Origin: Candidatus Hodarchaeota archaeon
Lineage (GTDB): Archaea; Asgardarchaeota; Heimdallarchaeia; Hodarchaeales; Hodarchaeaceae
Direction: 5' to 3'
Assembly: GCA_016839815.1 (NCBI GenBank)
Contig: JAEOTM010000083.1
Coordinates: 1 to 25,763, forward strand
Length of the DNA stretch: 25,763 nt
Shown here one piece after another: positions 8,458 to 17,581 of this stretch. Every line of letters begins with the position of its first letter. The stretch's first letter is position 1. Under the pieces are notes generated by a model. It did not search any database, was not told where the DNA came from, and worked only from the letters and a program-made list of their open reading frames with translations. A program made the translations under genes and the position numbers.

Positions 8458-8494
8458 GTTGTTAACTAGACGTAAATAACTTTGAGTTATTAGC
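8458..8494 (+). promoter_or_regulatory. Triple SurR-box-like operator array
   Basis: GTTgttAAC-tagac-GTAaatAAC-tttga-GTTattAGC; same architecture and identical middle unit as 2168-2204. Confidence 0.72.
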
Positions 8495-8622
8495 AGATAG
8501 CAAGTACGCACACGTTTCACTCTATATAGCCAATAGGCACAGAATTCATCTGTTAATTTCTCTATGAAATATTTATGTTTTGTATATTTCAAAAACTTAA
8601 CTCAATAAAGGATAGACAAAAT

Positions 8623-8853
8623 ATGGTAGAAGCTAACCTGACATTGGACTGTAAAGGTCTTTCATGTCCAATGCCAATTGTAAAACTAAACGCAACCATT
8701 AAAAAAATCGAAGTTGGACAAGTGCTAGAGATGCTCGGAACTGATCCAGGTTCCAAAAAGGATGTACCTCTTTGGTGCCAAAAAACTGGAAATGAATTAC
8801 TAGAGACAATCGATGAAAGTGGCGTGTTCAGGTTTTATATCCGAAAAAAATAA
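8623..8853 (+). CDS. tusA: TusA/YeeD/YedF-family sulfur carrier (copy 2)
   Basis: LDCKGLSCPMP, TDPGSKKDVPLWC; ATG 8623 gives a typical 76-aa protein; directly upstream of the YedE-type transporter. Confidence 0.93.
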   Translation: MVEANLTLDCKGLSCPMPIVKLNATIKKIEVGQVLEMLGTDPGSKKDVPLWCQKTGNELLETIDESGVFRFYIRKK

Positions 8854-8867
8854 ATGAGGTTTTGTTT

Positions 8868-10085
8868 ATGTCAGAAAAAGGAATGTTTAGTGGTCTTTAT
8901 GACACTTTATTCGGCGATTCATGGAAGATGTGGATTGGGGCAATTATTCTATCTTTTTTTAGTATCTGTCTCTTCATAATCATGTCTCCTTGGGGCGCTT
9001 CAGGTGGTGTTCTTAACTGGGGTGACAATATTATTAAACCCCTTGTTGGTGAAACCGCTACTGAAATTACTAAGCATCGATATGCAATGTTGAATATTAC
9101 GATTGTGATCGGAGCTTTTTCCAGTGCATTACTAGCAAAGCAGTTTGCTCTTCGAATTCCTCCATTAGGAGAGCTTTTGAAAGGGTTAATTGGTGGTTTG
9201 TTAATTGGTATTGGTTCAATAATAGGGAGTTCCTGTACTCTTGGAGGTTTTTACAGCGGATGGCCAGCAATGTCGGTTGGTGCTCTTATCTTCACATTAG
9301 GATTAATAATCGGGACTTTCGTTGCTGTTTATTATCTAATGTGGGAAGCTGAAAAATACCCAGGTATTAGCAGCGGGACAACAAAAACTCTTCTGAGTAC
9401 CGGTAGCTGGCAACCCTATGTTGGAATAATTATGTTCATTGTAGGACTTGGATTCCTCTTCCTATTTCCAACTACTCCAGAGAAAATTCTTGAAGGATCC
9501 CTTGTTATGATGGGATTTACCTTTTTTGGACTCCTAATCGGATTTGTTCTTCAAAGATCAAGATTCTGCATAGTTAGAGCTTTGAGAGAACCATTCATGA
9601 CTGGTGAAACATCCGCAACTACTGCTGTTTTCGCTGGTATCATTGTGGGACTTCTTGGATTTGTTGCAATGAAGCTCTGCGGTTTTGGTACAGGCGCTTC
9701 ACAGACAATGTTTGTTTTTGGGAATGTTTGGATTTCCGGTTTAATAGGTGGAATCATATTTGGTGTAGGAATGACAATCGCAGGCGGTTGTGTTGTAGGT
9801 TCACTATGGCGTGCAGGTGAAGGTCAAGTCAAACTTTGGTTTTCAGTTATTGGAATGGTTATTGCCATGCCACTAACGAATTCTTTCAAAACACAGTTCT
9901 TAGAATGGACTGGTGGTAAAGCAAACATTACTGATGCAATGTATCTTCCAGATATCTTCTTTGATATCTTTGATGATCTTCTTCTCAGTTATTTAGGCGC
10001 AGTACTTTTCATTCTATTCCTAATACTGCTCTGGTTCATTGTAGTAAAATGGAATGAGAAATCAGGAAAACTCTCCCGAATGTGA
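8868..10085 (+). CDS. yedE: YeeE/YedE-family sulfur-compound transporter (YedE-like domain order)
   Basis: Polytopic, Gly-rich; PWGASG, SSCTLGG, QRSRFCIV, AGGCVVGSLWRAGEG contain the three family cysteines; GAGGT before ATG 8868. Confidence 0.9.
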   Translation: MSEKGMFSGLYDTLFGDSWKMWIGAIILSFFSICLFIIMSPWGASGGVLNWGDNIIKPLVGETATEITKHRYAMLNITIVIGAFSSALLAKQFALRIPPLGELLKGLIGGLLIGIGSIIGSSCTLGGFYSGWPAMSVGALIFTLGLIIGTFVAVYYLMWEAEKYPGISSGTTKTLLSTGSWQPYVGIIMFIVGLGFLFLFPTTPEKILEGSLVMMGFTFFGLLIGFVLQRSRFCIVRALREPFMTGETSATTAVFAGIIVGLLGFVAMKLCGFGTGASQTMFVFGNVWISGLIGGIIFGVGMTIAGGCVVGSLWRAGEGQVKLWFSVIGMVIAMPLTNSFKTQFLEWTGGKANITDAMYLPDIFFDIFDDLLLSYLGAVLFILFLILLWFIVVKWNEKSGKLSRM

Positions 10086-10106
10086 GAAAACCATTCAACA
10101 TTAACA

Positions 10107-10134
10107 GAGAGGTATAATCCTCTCCTCTTTTTTT
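10107..10134 (+). terminator. Hairpin plus T7 terminator after yedE
   Basis: GAGAGG tataat CCTCTC ctc TTTTTTT. Confidence 0.6.
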
Positions 10135-10303
10135 ATCTCAAAGCGTGATGCATTGCTTTTCTCGATATACCGTTCGAGGAGGAGACATCTGAAATAAAAA
10201 TGATATTTTCTGATTGATTGATCCAAAATCTCTGATCTAGGAACATTTATATCATCATTCAGGCAGCTAACAGACACAAAAGAAATTCGATAAGTTGAGT
10301 GCA

Positions 10304-11071
10304 ATGGATAAATATGATTGTAGTTTGAGTCATCCGATTTATGATCTTCTATCTAATAAAACCAGGCTAGAAATATTAAGATTAATTGCCTGTGAAAAAA
10401 ACTATGGTAGCAGAATTGCTTCTATTTTAAAAATATCTGCCCCTGCAATTCATAGGCATTTGAAAATTCTTTCTGGAAAGGTGGAAAGTGAGGATATTGG
10501 TGAGTTTGCGTTTCTAAAATCTTCTGAGACCACACGAGAAAGTTATTCTGGACACAAAGGTGCAGAGGCCACTATGTATGAGATAGGGTCCAAATTATTT
10601 CTTACATTTGCAATCTATCCGAATTTCGTACACTCACACGCATTTCTCACTCCAGTTAAAGATGAAATAGCAATTACGGATCAAAAGACTCAATCCCAAA
10701 AGAAAAAAGAAAAAACTAGTAAATCAGAAGACAAAGCGGAAATTAAACGTAATTTTACAAATATATATAATAAGATCCAAGAAAAAAATGATCAGATCAA
10801 TAAGCTTGAACAAGAAATCCTTCAGATCTTTTTAGAGAAAGATGAGCTAATGAAACAATTGGATGAAGCAATTTTGGAAAAAGATCATTTGCTTGATTAT
10901 GATGAACGAGTTAGTATACGTACATTAGCATGTCAGGGGCCTAATTGCATTCCAAATCTGCCTGAACTTCTAAAACAAGATGAGGAACTGGTTAAAAAGA
11001 TTCTTCGAAATCTTAAAAGCCAAAATTGGTTTGATATTCTCGATGAAAAGATAAACTACAAGACTTCCTGA
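10304..11071 (+). CDS. ArsR-superfamily regulator with SurR-like architecture (wHTH - coiled coil - wHTH)
   Basis: N-terminal LLSNKTRLEILRLIACEKNY...ISAPAIHRHLKIL, then YEI...FAIYP, heptad-rich coil, C-terminal helix-turn-helix-like segment; 255 aa. Confidence 0.8.
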   Translation: MDKYDCSLSHPIYDLLSNKTRLEILRLIACEKNYGSRIASILKISAPAIHRHLKILSGKVESEDIGEFAFLKSSETTRESYSGHKGAEATMYEIGSKLFLTFAIYPNFVHSHAFLTPVKDEIAITDQKTQSQKKKEKTSKSEDKAEIKRNFTNIYNKIQEKNDQINKLEQEILQIFLEKDELMKQLDEAILEKDHLLDYDERVSIRTLACQGPNCIPNLPELLKQDEELVKKILRNLKSQNWFDILDEKINYKTS

Positions 11072-11141
11072 TTTTGATCCAATTAAGATCATAGTAAATA
11101 TTAGGATTATTATTATCTCATCGAGAACTAAAATAGATCTT

Positions 11142-11160
11142 AAAAAGAAGGGGGGAGGGG
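11142..11160 (-). terminator. Pyrimidine/T-tract terminator of the mvh-hdr operon
   Basis: Minus strand reads CCCCTCCCCCCTTCTTTTT about 27 nt after the hdrB stop. Confidence 0.5.
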
Positions 11161-11186
11161 TAGATTAGTTAAGAGATTGATATCTT

Positions 11187-12086
11187 CTATGCAAAGGTAT
11201 CTACTGATTCGCTAGATGGGGATACTTTCGCAAGAAAATCTTTCACCTTTATTGAATGCATCTTAAATCCTTCACTAAGATCCATTCCCATACTTAAAGC
11301 TAAGAGTTCTGCATAGTAGAAAACAGGCATCTTGGTTTTTTCAAACTGCTTTGCCATAAGTTTTTGTCCAACATCATATTGAATGAAACATGTGGGACAA
11401 ATTGTGACCAAAGCATCAGCCCCAGCTTTCTCAGCACCAACAATTTTCTCGTGTGCAATTCCAATAGCAGCATCTTGATCTGTACTTCTAGTTCCAGCTC
11501 CACAACATGCTAACTTATTCAAATAGTTAATGGATTCAGCTCCTAGAGCTTCCACTAAATTATCTAATTTTTCTGGCCTTTCAGGATTATCCATTTGTAA
11601 GATTTCTGGAGGTTTCAGAAAGTGACATCCACTATGAGTAGCAAACTTCATACCTTTTAATGGGTTGGTTACACGAGCTGAAATCTTCTCTAATCCAATA
11701 TCTGAATAGAGGACATCCGCAAAGTGTCGTACTTTAACAGTTCCTTTGAATTCACGACCCACTTCCTTGAGATTTGCATTTACTATTTTCTTGAGCTCTG
11801 AATCTTCTTGTAAGTGAACATTTACAATTTTTAAAGTCTCGAAACATCCGCTACAAGCTGTAAGAATATCAAGACCTTGTTCTTCGGCTAGACAAAGATT
11901 TCTTGCTGCTAAAGTATGCCATGTAATTGAATCAAAAGCTTGGGCTCCACCTGGATCTGGACAGCAGGCGAAGGGCAAATCAATCAGTTCGAGACCAAAT
12001 TCGGGTAAAACTCTCCTTAAGGCAGTTTCAAAGAAGGGAACCCTGTAAGGGATTGTACATCCAGCAAAATAGGCGTATTTTGTCAT
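11187..12086 (-). CDS. hdrB: Heterodisulfide reductase subunit B (methanogen-like motifs)
   Basis: Two complete CCG motifs: FAGC / CCPDPG / CSGC and HSGCH / CCGAG / CPTC. Confidence 0.95.
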   Translation of the reverse strand: MTKYAYFAGCTIPYRVPFFETALRRVLPEFGLELIDLPFACCPDPGGAQAFDSITWHTLAARNLCLAEEQGLDILTACSGCFETLKIVNVHLQEDSELKKIVNANLKEVGREFKGTVKVRHFADVLYSDIGLEKISARVTNPLKGMKFATHSGCHFLKPPEILQMDNPERPEKLDNLVEALGAESINYLNKLACCGAGTRSTDQDAAIGIAHEKIVGAEKAGADALVTICPTCFIQYDVGQKLMAKQFEKTKMPVFYYAELLALSMGMDLSEGFKMHSIKVKDFLAKVSPSSESVDTFA

Positions 12087-12583
12087 TAGTTAGCAGCCTC
12101 CTTTAATCCTTTCAACTGTTTTGTCGCTCCTAAAGCATCCATTAACTTCTGTATTTCATTTACATCCGGTTTAGGTAACTCGGGAAGTCCTAATTTTTCT
12201 CTTCTTTTCAGCACGGATTGTGAAATAGCTGCTGTTGAGCCTGATTCCAAAATGGCATCCATTTCTGCTGTGATGCCAGCGGGTACATTTTTTAACTTTA
12301 CAGCAATATTCTTCATCTCTACGATCACGTGTCCGACATCAATTCCTTGTGGACAACGAGTACTGCAGGTATAACATGCGGTGCAATACCATACTTGCTG
12401 CTCATCAAAGATGTTCTCACTGAATTCCTCGAGTAATAGCTTCTCCATGATACGTCGTGGGTTAAACTGGGGATATTGTTTAAATACAGGACAACCCCCA
12501 GCACAGGTACCACACTGATAACATGATTTAATTTCTTCATATAGCTCTTTAAACTCTTCTAAGAGTTCTGTTGCATTGATCAT
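12086..12583 (-). CDS. hdrC: Heterodisulfide reductase subunit C
   Basis: CYQCGTCAGGCP, NPRRI, WYCTACYTCSTRCP; stop overlaps the hdrB start. Confidence 0.95.
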   Translation of the reverse strand: MINATELLEEFKELYEEIKSCYQCGTCAGGCPVFKQYPQFNPRRIMEKLLLEEFSENIFDEQQVWYCTACYTCSTRCPQGIDVGHVIVEMKNIAVKLKNVPAGITAEMDAILESGSTAAISQSVLKRREKLGLPELPKPDVNEIQKLMDALGATKQLKGLKEAAN

Positions 12584-12615
12584 CGTTTCAAATCACCTTG
12601 CTATTTTCCTAATGC

Positions 12616-15036
12616 TTATCTTTCAAGCTTCCCGATTCTTTCAAGGGTTTTAGCCATTTTCCGAGCCGTTTCAACGAATCGATTGGAACTTTCAGTATAA
12701 ACTGTTTCCTTTTCTAGCCTATCTGGATTTATTCCGCTGAACTCAAGCATCTGTTTGAGTAAATGAACCCGGATTGTCGAAGCCTTAGATCCTGATTCAT
12801 AATGACATTTATCCTCGAAGCATCCTAACACAATCACTCCATCTGCTCCATATTCAAAAGTTTTTTGGATTAACCTAGCAGAAACATTTCCAGTACATTG
12901 AACAGGCAGAATTCTTACGTTATGTGGATAAACAAATTCTGGTTCACTTAAACTCCCCTGACCAATGAAGTCAGTCGAGGCATAGGCACATTCCCAACAT
13001 GCAAAAGTGATAATAATGGGTTCAGTAGCTTCTCCATTATCATATAATAAACCTTCAACCTGACTCAGTATTTGTTCGTCTCTATAGTAATCGATGTCAA
13101 TACAACCAGCAGGGCAGCTTGAAACACATTGGCCACAGCCTAAACACGTTAAAGGATTTACTTGAACCTTTACTCCAGGATTGGCAACTGGAACTAAGTC
13201 AATAGCTCCAAAAGGACAAGCTCCGACGCAGATTTCACACAATGTGCATTTTTCATTATCAATCTCTGCGATTGGAAATCTCTTTTCAACCAAACCTTTT
13301 GTAAGAAGTAAATCTAAATGACTAGCTGCCTGCGCAGCTCGTGTTATGGTACTAGGAATATCCATAGGGGCAATAGCTGTACCAGCTACAAATATTCCAG
13401 CCTGATTAGTTTCAGAGGTTCGAAATTTTGAATAAAGACCTTTAAAGAAACCAGCTTCATCAACCTTTACATTTAATTCTTCTGCAAGTTTTTGAACACC
13501 TGAGGAGGGAACCATACTCATAGAAAGAACGACAACATCTGTTTTGATGGCTAGAAGCTTATCTGCTTGAGAGTCCTCAACATGCACAATAAGATTTATG
13601 CCGTCTGTTTCGACTTCAGCAGGGCGACCGCGTATAAATTTGACTCCGAGATCTCGAGCTTTATTATAAAATTCTTCATAATTTGCACCTACGGCCCGAA
13701 TATCGATATAACAGCATTTAACATCAATTTCAGGATTTTTCTCCTTAATCTTGATTGCATGCTTAATTCCAATCATGCAGCATATATTACTACACCAAGA
13801 ATTATATTTCTGAGAGCGTGAACCAACACAATTAATTATAGTGACGCTACTTGGAAGATCACCACTTTTTTTTCTTAATTCTCCTTGTGTAGGACCTGTT
13901 AGAGCCAAAAATCGTGCTAATTCCGACTGAGTAATTATATTTTCGTATCCTGGCTCTCCATAGTGATATTCCTCTACTAAGGAGGGATCCATTTCTTCGA
14001 AACCTGTCGAAAGGATTATCCCACCAGCTGTTATCGTACTCACTGTTTCTTGTTGATTTAAATCAATAGCATCAACAGGACAGGCTTTGACACACTCAAT
14101 ACAACCTTCAGGACATTCATCTCGGTTCACAACATATTTTGTTGGAGAACAGGTGATATTAGGTAAGTAGATTGCCTTTCTTGTGGTAAGGCCTAAATTC
14201 ATTTCATCAGGCTTTTCCACTGGACAAGCTTTGGCACACAGGTCACAATTCACGCACTTATCCATCATAACATAGGTAGGTTTTGATCTTACGGTGATAT
14301 TATATCTGCCTAAACTACCCTCAACTTTTTCTACTTCTGATCGTGTATATATATTGATTCTAGGGTGTAAATCAAATCCTGAACGATAAAAGCATCGTCT
14401 TACACTAGATTGATGAACTCCTCTTACTCCTGTACTTGTTTGACAGGCTGCGCAATCTTCACTTGGAAAAAAAGCTCCTAATTTAACAGCATTTCCACCA
14501 ATATATGGATGTCGATCAATTAAGTGAACTTCATGGCCATTTTCAGCTAGATCTTGAGCTGCTTGAAGACCAGCCGGACCAGCACCGATAATGACTGCGG
14601 ATTTGTTTATACCAATTTTCTGAATCTCAACAGGAGAATCATAACCCGCTCTATTATGTGCACCGAGTAATACAGCTTTAGCTTTCTTAGTAGCAAGATC
14701 CTTCTCTGGTGTAATCCAACCAACATGTTCTCGAAGATTCGCACCAACAATTTGGTAGGGGGATATATTCAGCTGTTTTAGCTCTTGTTCGAATAAATAT
14801 CCAGCAGTTTTTGGTGTACAACCGCCAAAAACAATCGCATCGGGTCTTTCTTTACTAACCATTTCTTTGAGAACATTCTTTCCCTCCGGAGAGCATAGAT
14901 TTTCATGATAGACACAAAAATTGCCACCTTCAGTGGATTTACTCTCAATAAACCCTTTGAGCTCTTCCCAGTCAATGTTCTGGAGTGAGCCTGCACAATT
15001 ACACAAAAACGTTCCAATTTTCAATGTTTTCGCCAC
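12616..15036 (-). CDS. hdrA: HdrA fused to C-terminal MvhD
   Basis: FLCNC..LCS..GCTP, GAGPAG, inserted ferredoxin, CVGSR..CSNICC, C-terminal 2x[4Fe-4S], then FACWEC..VQCTG..GC...CHY. GTG 15036 just after the mvhA stop preferred over 15051. Confidence 0.93.
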   Translation of the reverse strand: MAKTLKIGTFLCNCAGSLQNIDWEELKGFIESKSTEGGNFCVYHENLCSPEGKNVLKEMVSKERPDAIVFGGCTPKTAGYLFEQELKQLNISPYQIVGANLREHVGWITPEKDLATKKAKAVLLGAHNRAGYDSPVEIQKIGINKSAVIIGAGPAGLQAAQDLAENGHEVHLIDRHPYIGGNAVKLGAFFPSEDCAACQTSTGVRGVHQSSVRRCFYRSGFDLHPRINIYTRSEVEKVEGSLGRYNITVRSKPTYVMMDKCVNCDLCAKACPVEKPDEMNLGLTTRKAIYLPNITCSPTKYVVNRDECPEGCIECVKACPVDAIDLNQQETVSTITAGGIILSTGFEEMDPSLVEEYHYGEPGYENIITQSELARFLALTGPTQGELRKKSGDLPSSVTIINCVGSRSQKYNSWCSNICCMIGIKHAIKIKEKNPEIDVKCCYIDIRAVGANYEEFYNKARDLGVKFIRGRPAEVETDGINLIVHVEDSQADKLLAIKTDVVVLSMSMVPSSGVQKLAEELNVKVDEAGFFKGLYSKFRTSETNQAGIFVAGTAIAPMDIPSTITRAAQAASHLDLLLTKGLVEKRFPIAEIDNEKCTLCEICVGACPFGAIDLVPVANPGVKVQVNPLTCLGCGQCVSSCPAGCIDIDYYRDEQILSQVEGLLYDNGEATEPIIITFACWECAYASTDFIGQGSLSEPEFVYPHNVRILPVQCTGNVSARLIQKTFEYGADGVIVLGCFEDKCHYESGSKASTIRVHLLKQMLEFSGINPDRLEKETVYTESSNRFVETARKMAKTLERIGKLER

Positions 15037-15038
15037 CT

Positions 15039-16496
15039 TTAAGCCTCCCAATTTCTAAGAATTTTGATTTGAGTTCCTCTATGATCAATTATTTTTACTT
15101 CAGTTGCTACCGCACCAGACTTTAAGACATGAGTAGCACAACTGAAACAAGGATCATATGCGCGAACAACCATTTCCAAGCGATTTAATAATCCTTCAGC
15201 AGGTTCTGCATCAACAATAAGTTCTTTTGCTGTCACATTGACTGAACGATTAATTGCTTCATTATTACTTACTGTCGCAACGATTAAGTTCACATCTCTT
15301 ACGATACCCTTGTTATCAGTTACATAATGATGGAAAAGAGTACCTCTGTGTGCTTCTAAAATACCTATACCCTGTTCTTCTCGAGCTTTCACTGGTGTTC
15401 GGAGTTTTGTCCCAAGAATTTCAGGATCTTGAAGTAAATCCAATGTAGCTTCTACTGCATGAGCTAATTCAATAATACGTGCATAGCTGTAGAGAAGTGA
15501 TTTATCAGCCACTCTACCAAATTTCCTTCGAAATTCATTAAGTAATTCTTGAGCTAATGGCGTATCGATATGATCACAAGCATTAATTCTAGCGAGAGGA
15601 CCGACCCGATAACATCCTTCTTCAAAAGATTTCTTTTTGTAGTAGGGGAATTTTAGGTAAGAGTAATCTTTCACACGTTCTGCAATCACATCTCTGTATG
15701 AGGGATCTGTAGAAGAGAATTCTTCCATAATATTTGCTTGTTCATCAATAAGTCGAACATTTCCGTCGTAAAATCGGAGTTGCCCTTCATTTCCAACCAT
15801 ACCTAAATGGGCGGTGGGAAGAACTCCCAAAGCATTGATTGCATCAGCATATTGATCAAAGAGTGCCATAGCAAGATCTTTTGCTTCTGGAAGGAAGTTA
15901 GTTGCAATATCTTTGACATCCCTTTCAATAACATCACGATTTTCCTGTGTAAGTCCAATAGCTACCCCACCAGGGACAGCAGTCACAGGATGAACGGTAC
16001 GACCACCCAAGATTTTAGTAATTTTCTGGCCAACCTTTCGGGCACCAATTACTTTCTTAACTAATTCAGGGTTTGCTTCCAGCACGCCAAACACATTTCT
16101 TTTAGCTGGATCTGAATCTGGGCCCATTACGAGATCGGGAGCTACTAAATAGAAGAAATGCAATACGTGTGAATGGATATAGGAACCCATATGTAGTAAA
16201 CGTCGTAATTTGTAAGCAGTTGGAGGGATATCCTGAGGTTCAAGACCAAAGGCCCGATCCACACCTTTAGCTGAAGCCAAATGATGAGGTGTATGACAAA
16301 TACCACACATCCGAGGTGTTATCAGAGGCATCTCTTCGACTGGTCTTCCTATCAGAAATTTTTCAAACCCACGAAATTCAACAACTTTTACTTGAGAATC
16401 AATTAGATGATTATTTTCATCTAAAAATAACTTAATCTCAGCGTGTCCCTCAATACGGGTTACGGGGTCAACTTTGATGATTTTGTGTGCACTCAT
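15039..16496 (-). CDS. mvhA: Group 3c [NiFe]-hydrogenase large subunit
   Basis: PVTRIEGH, L1 PRMCGICHTPH, L2 EMVVRAYDPCFSCATH plus cleavable C-terminal extension; hdr context. Confidence 0.95.
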   Translation of the reverse strand: MSAHKIIKVDPVTRIEGHAEIKLFLDENNHLIDSQVKVVEFRGFEKFLIGRPVEEMPLITPRMCGICHTPHHLASAKGVDRAFGLEPQDIPPTAYKLRRLLHMGSYIHSHVLHFFYLVAPDLVMGPDSDPAKRNVFGVLEANPELVKKVIGARKVGQKITKILGGRTVHPVTAVPGGVAIGLTQENRDVIERDVKDIATNFLPEAKDLAMALFDQYADAINALGVLPTAHLGMVGNEGQLRFYDGNVRLIDEQANIMEEFSSTDPSYRDVIAERVKDYSYLKFPYYKKKSFEEGCYRVGPLARINACDHIDTPLAQELLNEFRRKFGRVADKSLLYSYARIIELAHAVEATLDLLQDPEILGTKLRTPVKAREEQGIGILEAHRGTLFHHYVTDNKGIVRDVNLIVATVSNNEAINRSVNVTAKELIVDAEPAEGLLNRLEMVVRAYDPCFSCATHVLKSGAVATEVKIIDHRGTQIKILRNWEA

Positions 16497-17407
16497 TCTT
16501 TTCTCTCCTTCAATTTACCGAGGTTGGAATAGGGATATTGATGTTGATAAAGAATCGAGATTGGATCATTACCCATCGCTTCCAAAACTTCTTCCATGGG
16601 TACCTGACTTGCTAAAGTACCTAAAAATGAAGTTGTATCCTGTCCAGGGTCAGTTCCTTTCTCTGGATCAGGGTTTAATGGCCCATGACATCCTCTGCAT
16701 GGAACACCTACTTTAGTACATCGGGCATCGCATAATCCCCAAGTAACTGGTCCAACACAGACGTATCCTTGTTCTAAGAAACATCTATCAGGATCTAGTT
16801 CCTCACCAGCCGATCTATACCATCTTTTCAGCTCAGTGATTTTGGTGTGATCCTTTTCTCTTGGACAGGGTTCACAGACCGATTGATTAGGAAGATCTAA
16901 AGGTTTACCTTCCAATAAACTCATTACTCCAGTTGCAATCAGTTCAGGAACCGGGGGACACCCAGGGACTATAACATCAACATCAATAACCGATGAGAGG
17001 GGAGTCACTTTTTCTGTTAGCGGCGGAACATCATCTCGAGGTTCTCGGCCTAAGGGATTATCAACACCCATACAGTCAGTATACACCGTCTTGAATATAT
17101 CCTCATTAGTATACATGTTTGCTAACCCAGGGGTTCCACCAAAACAGGCACAACTCCCCAAGGCTACAATAATCTTACAATTTTTGCGCATCTCTTTAGC
17201 TACGTGAATATTGTGCTCATTTCTTATTCCACCAGTGATTATTCCTACATCAGCAGGAACAAATTCTTTCACATCGGCAAGAACAGGACTTCTGACAATA
17301 TCAGCTTTAGCTAAGACATCTAGAATAGCCTCATGGATGTCTAATAGTGATATATGACACCCTGAACATACCATAAGCCATTCGGTCGCGACTCTAGCTT
17401 TACTCAT
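16493..17407 (-). CDS. mvhG: Group 3c [NiFe]-hydrogenase small subunit
   Basis: CSGCHISLLD, GSCACFGG, PGCPP, VCEPC, CFLEQGYVCVGP..C...C..PCRGC. Confidence 0.95.
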   Translation of the reverse strand: MSKARVATEWLMVCSGCHISLLDIHEAILDVLAKADIVRSPVLADVKEFVPADVGIITGGIRNEHNIHVAKEMRKNCKIIVALGSCACFGGTPGLANMYTNEDIFKTVYTDCMGVDNPLGREPRDDVPPLTEKVTPLSSVIDVDVIVPGCPPVPELIATGVMSLLEGKPLDLPNQSVCEPCPREKDHTKITELKRWYRSAGEELDPDRCFLEQGYVCVGPVTWGLCDARCTKVGVPCRGCHGPLNPDPEKGTDPGQDTTSFLGTLASQVPMEEVLEAMGNDPISILYQHQYPYSNLGKLKERKE

Positions 17408-17581
17408 AGTATTTATCCTCTTGTATGCTAAATCTTAATTAAGGTTAATTTTCTTCAAAAAAATAGAAATGTTTGAAGTTAGATGGCCAATCTAATGAAA
17501 AACGTTTTAAAGTGATAATTATAATTTTTCCGTAAACAATAGTGAGGTACGAAGATTAGATATAAAGCAAATACATTGTCG

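Noticed and set aside
8575-8622. N-terminal extension of tusA2 given by the ORF track
   Set aside because: ATG 8623 gives the normal TusA length; the extension looks non-coding.
10101-10304. 67-aa minus-strand ORF between yedE and the regulator
   Set aside because: Overlaps a terminator and the likely promoter; no motif support.
11187-17407. Evidence of methanogenesis
   Set aside because: MvhAGD-HdrABC occurs in many non-methanogens; no mcr or mtr in the window.
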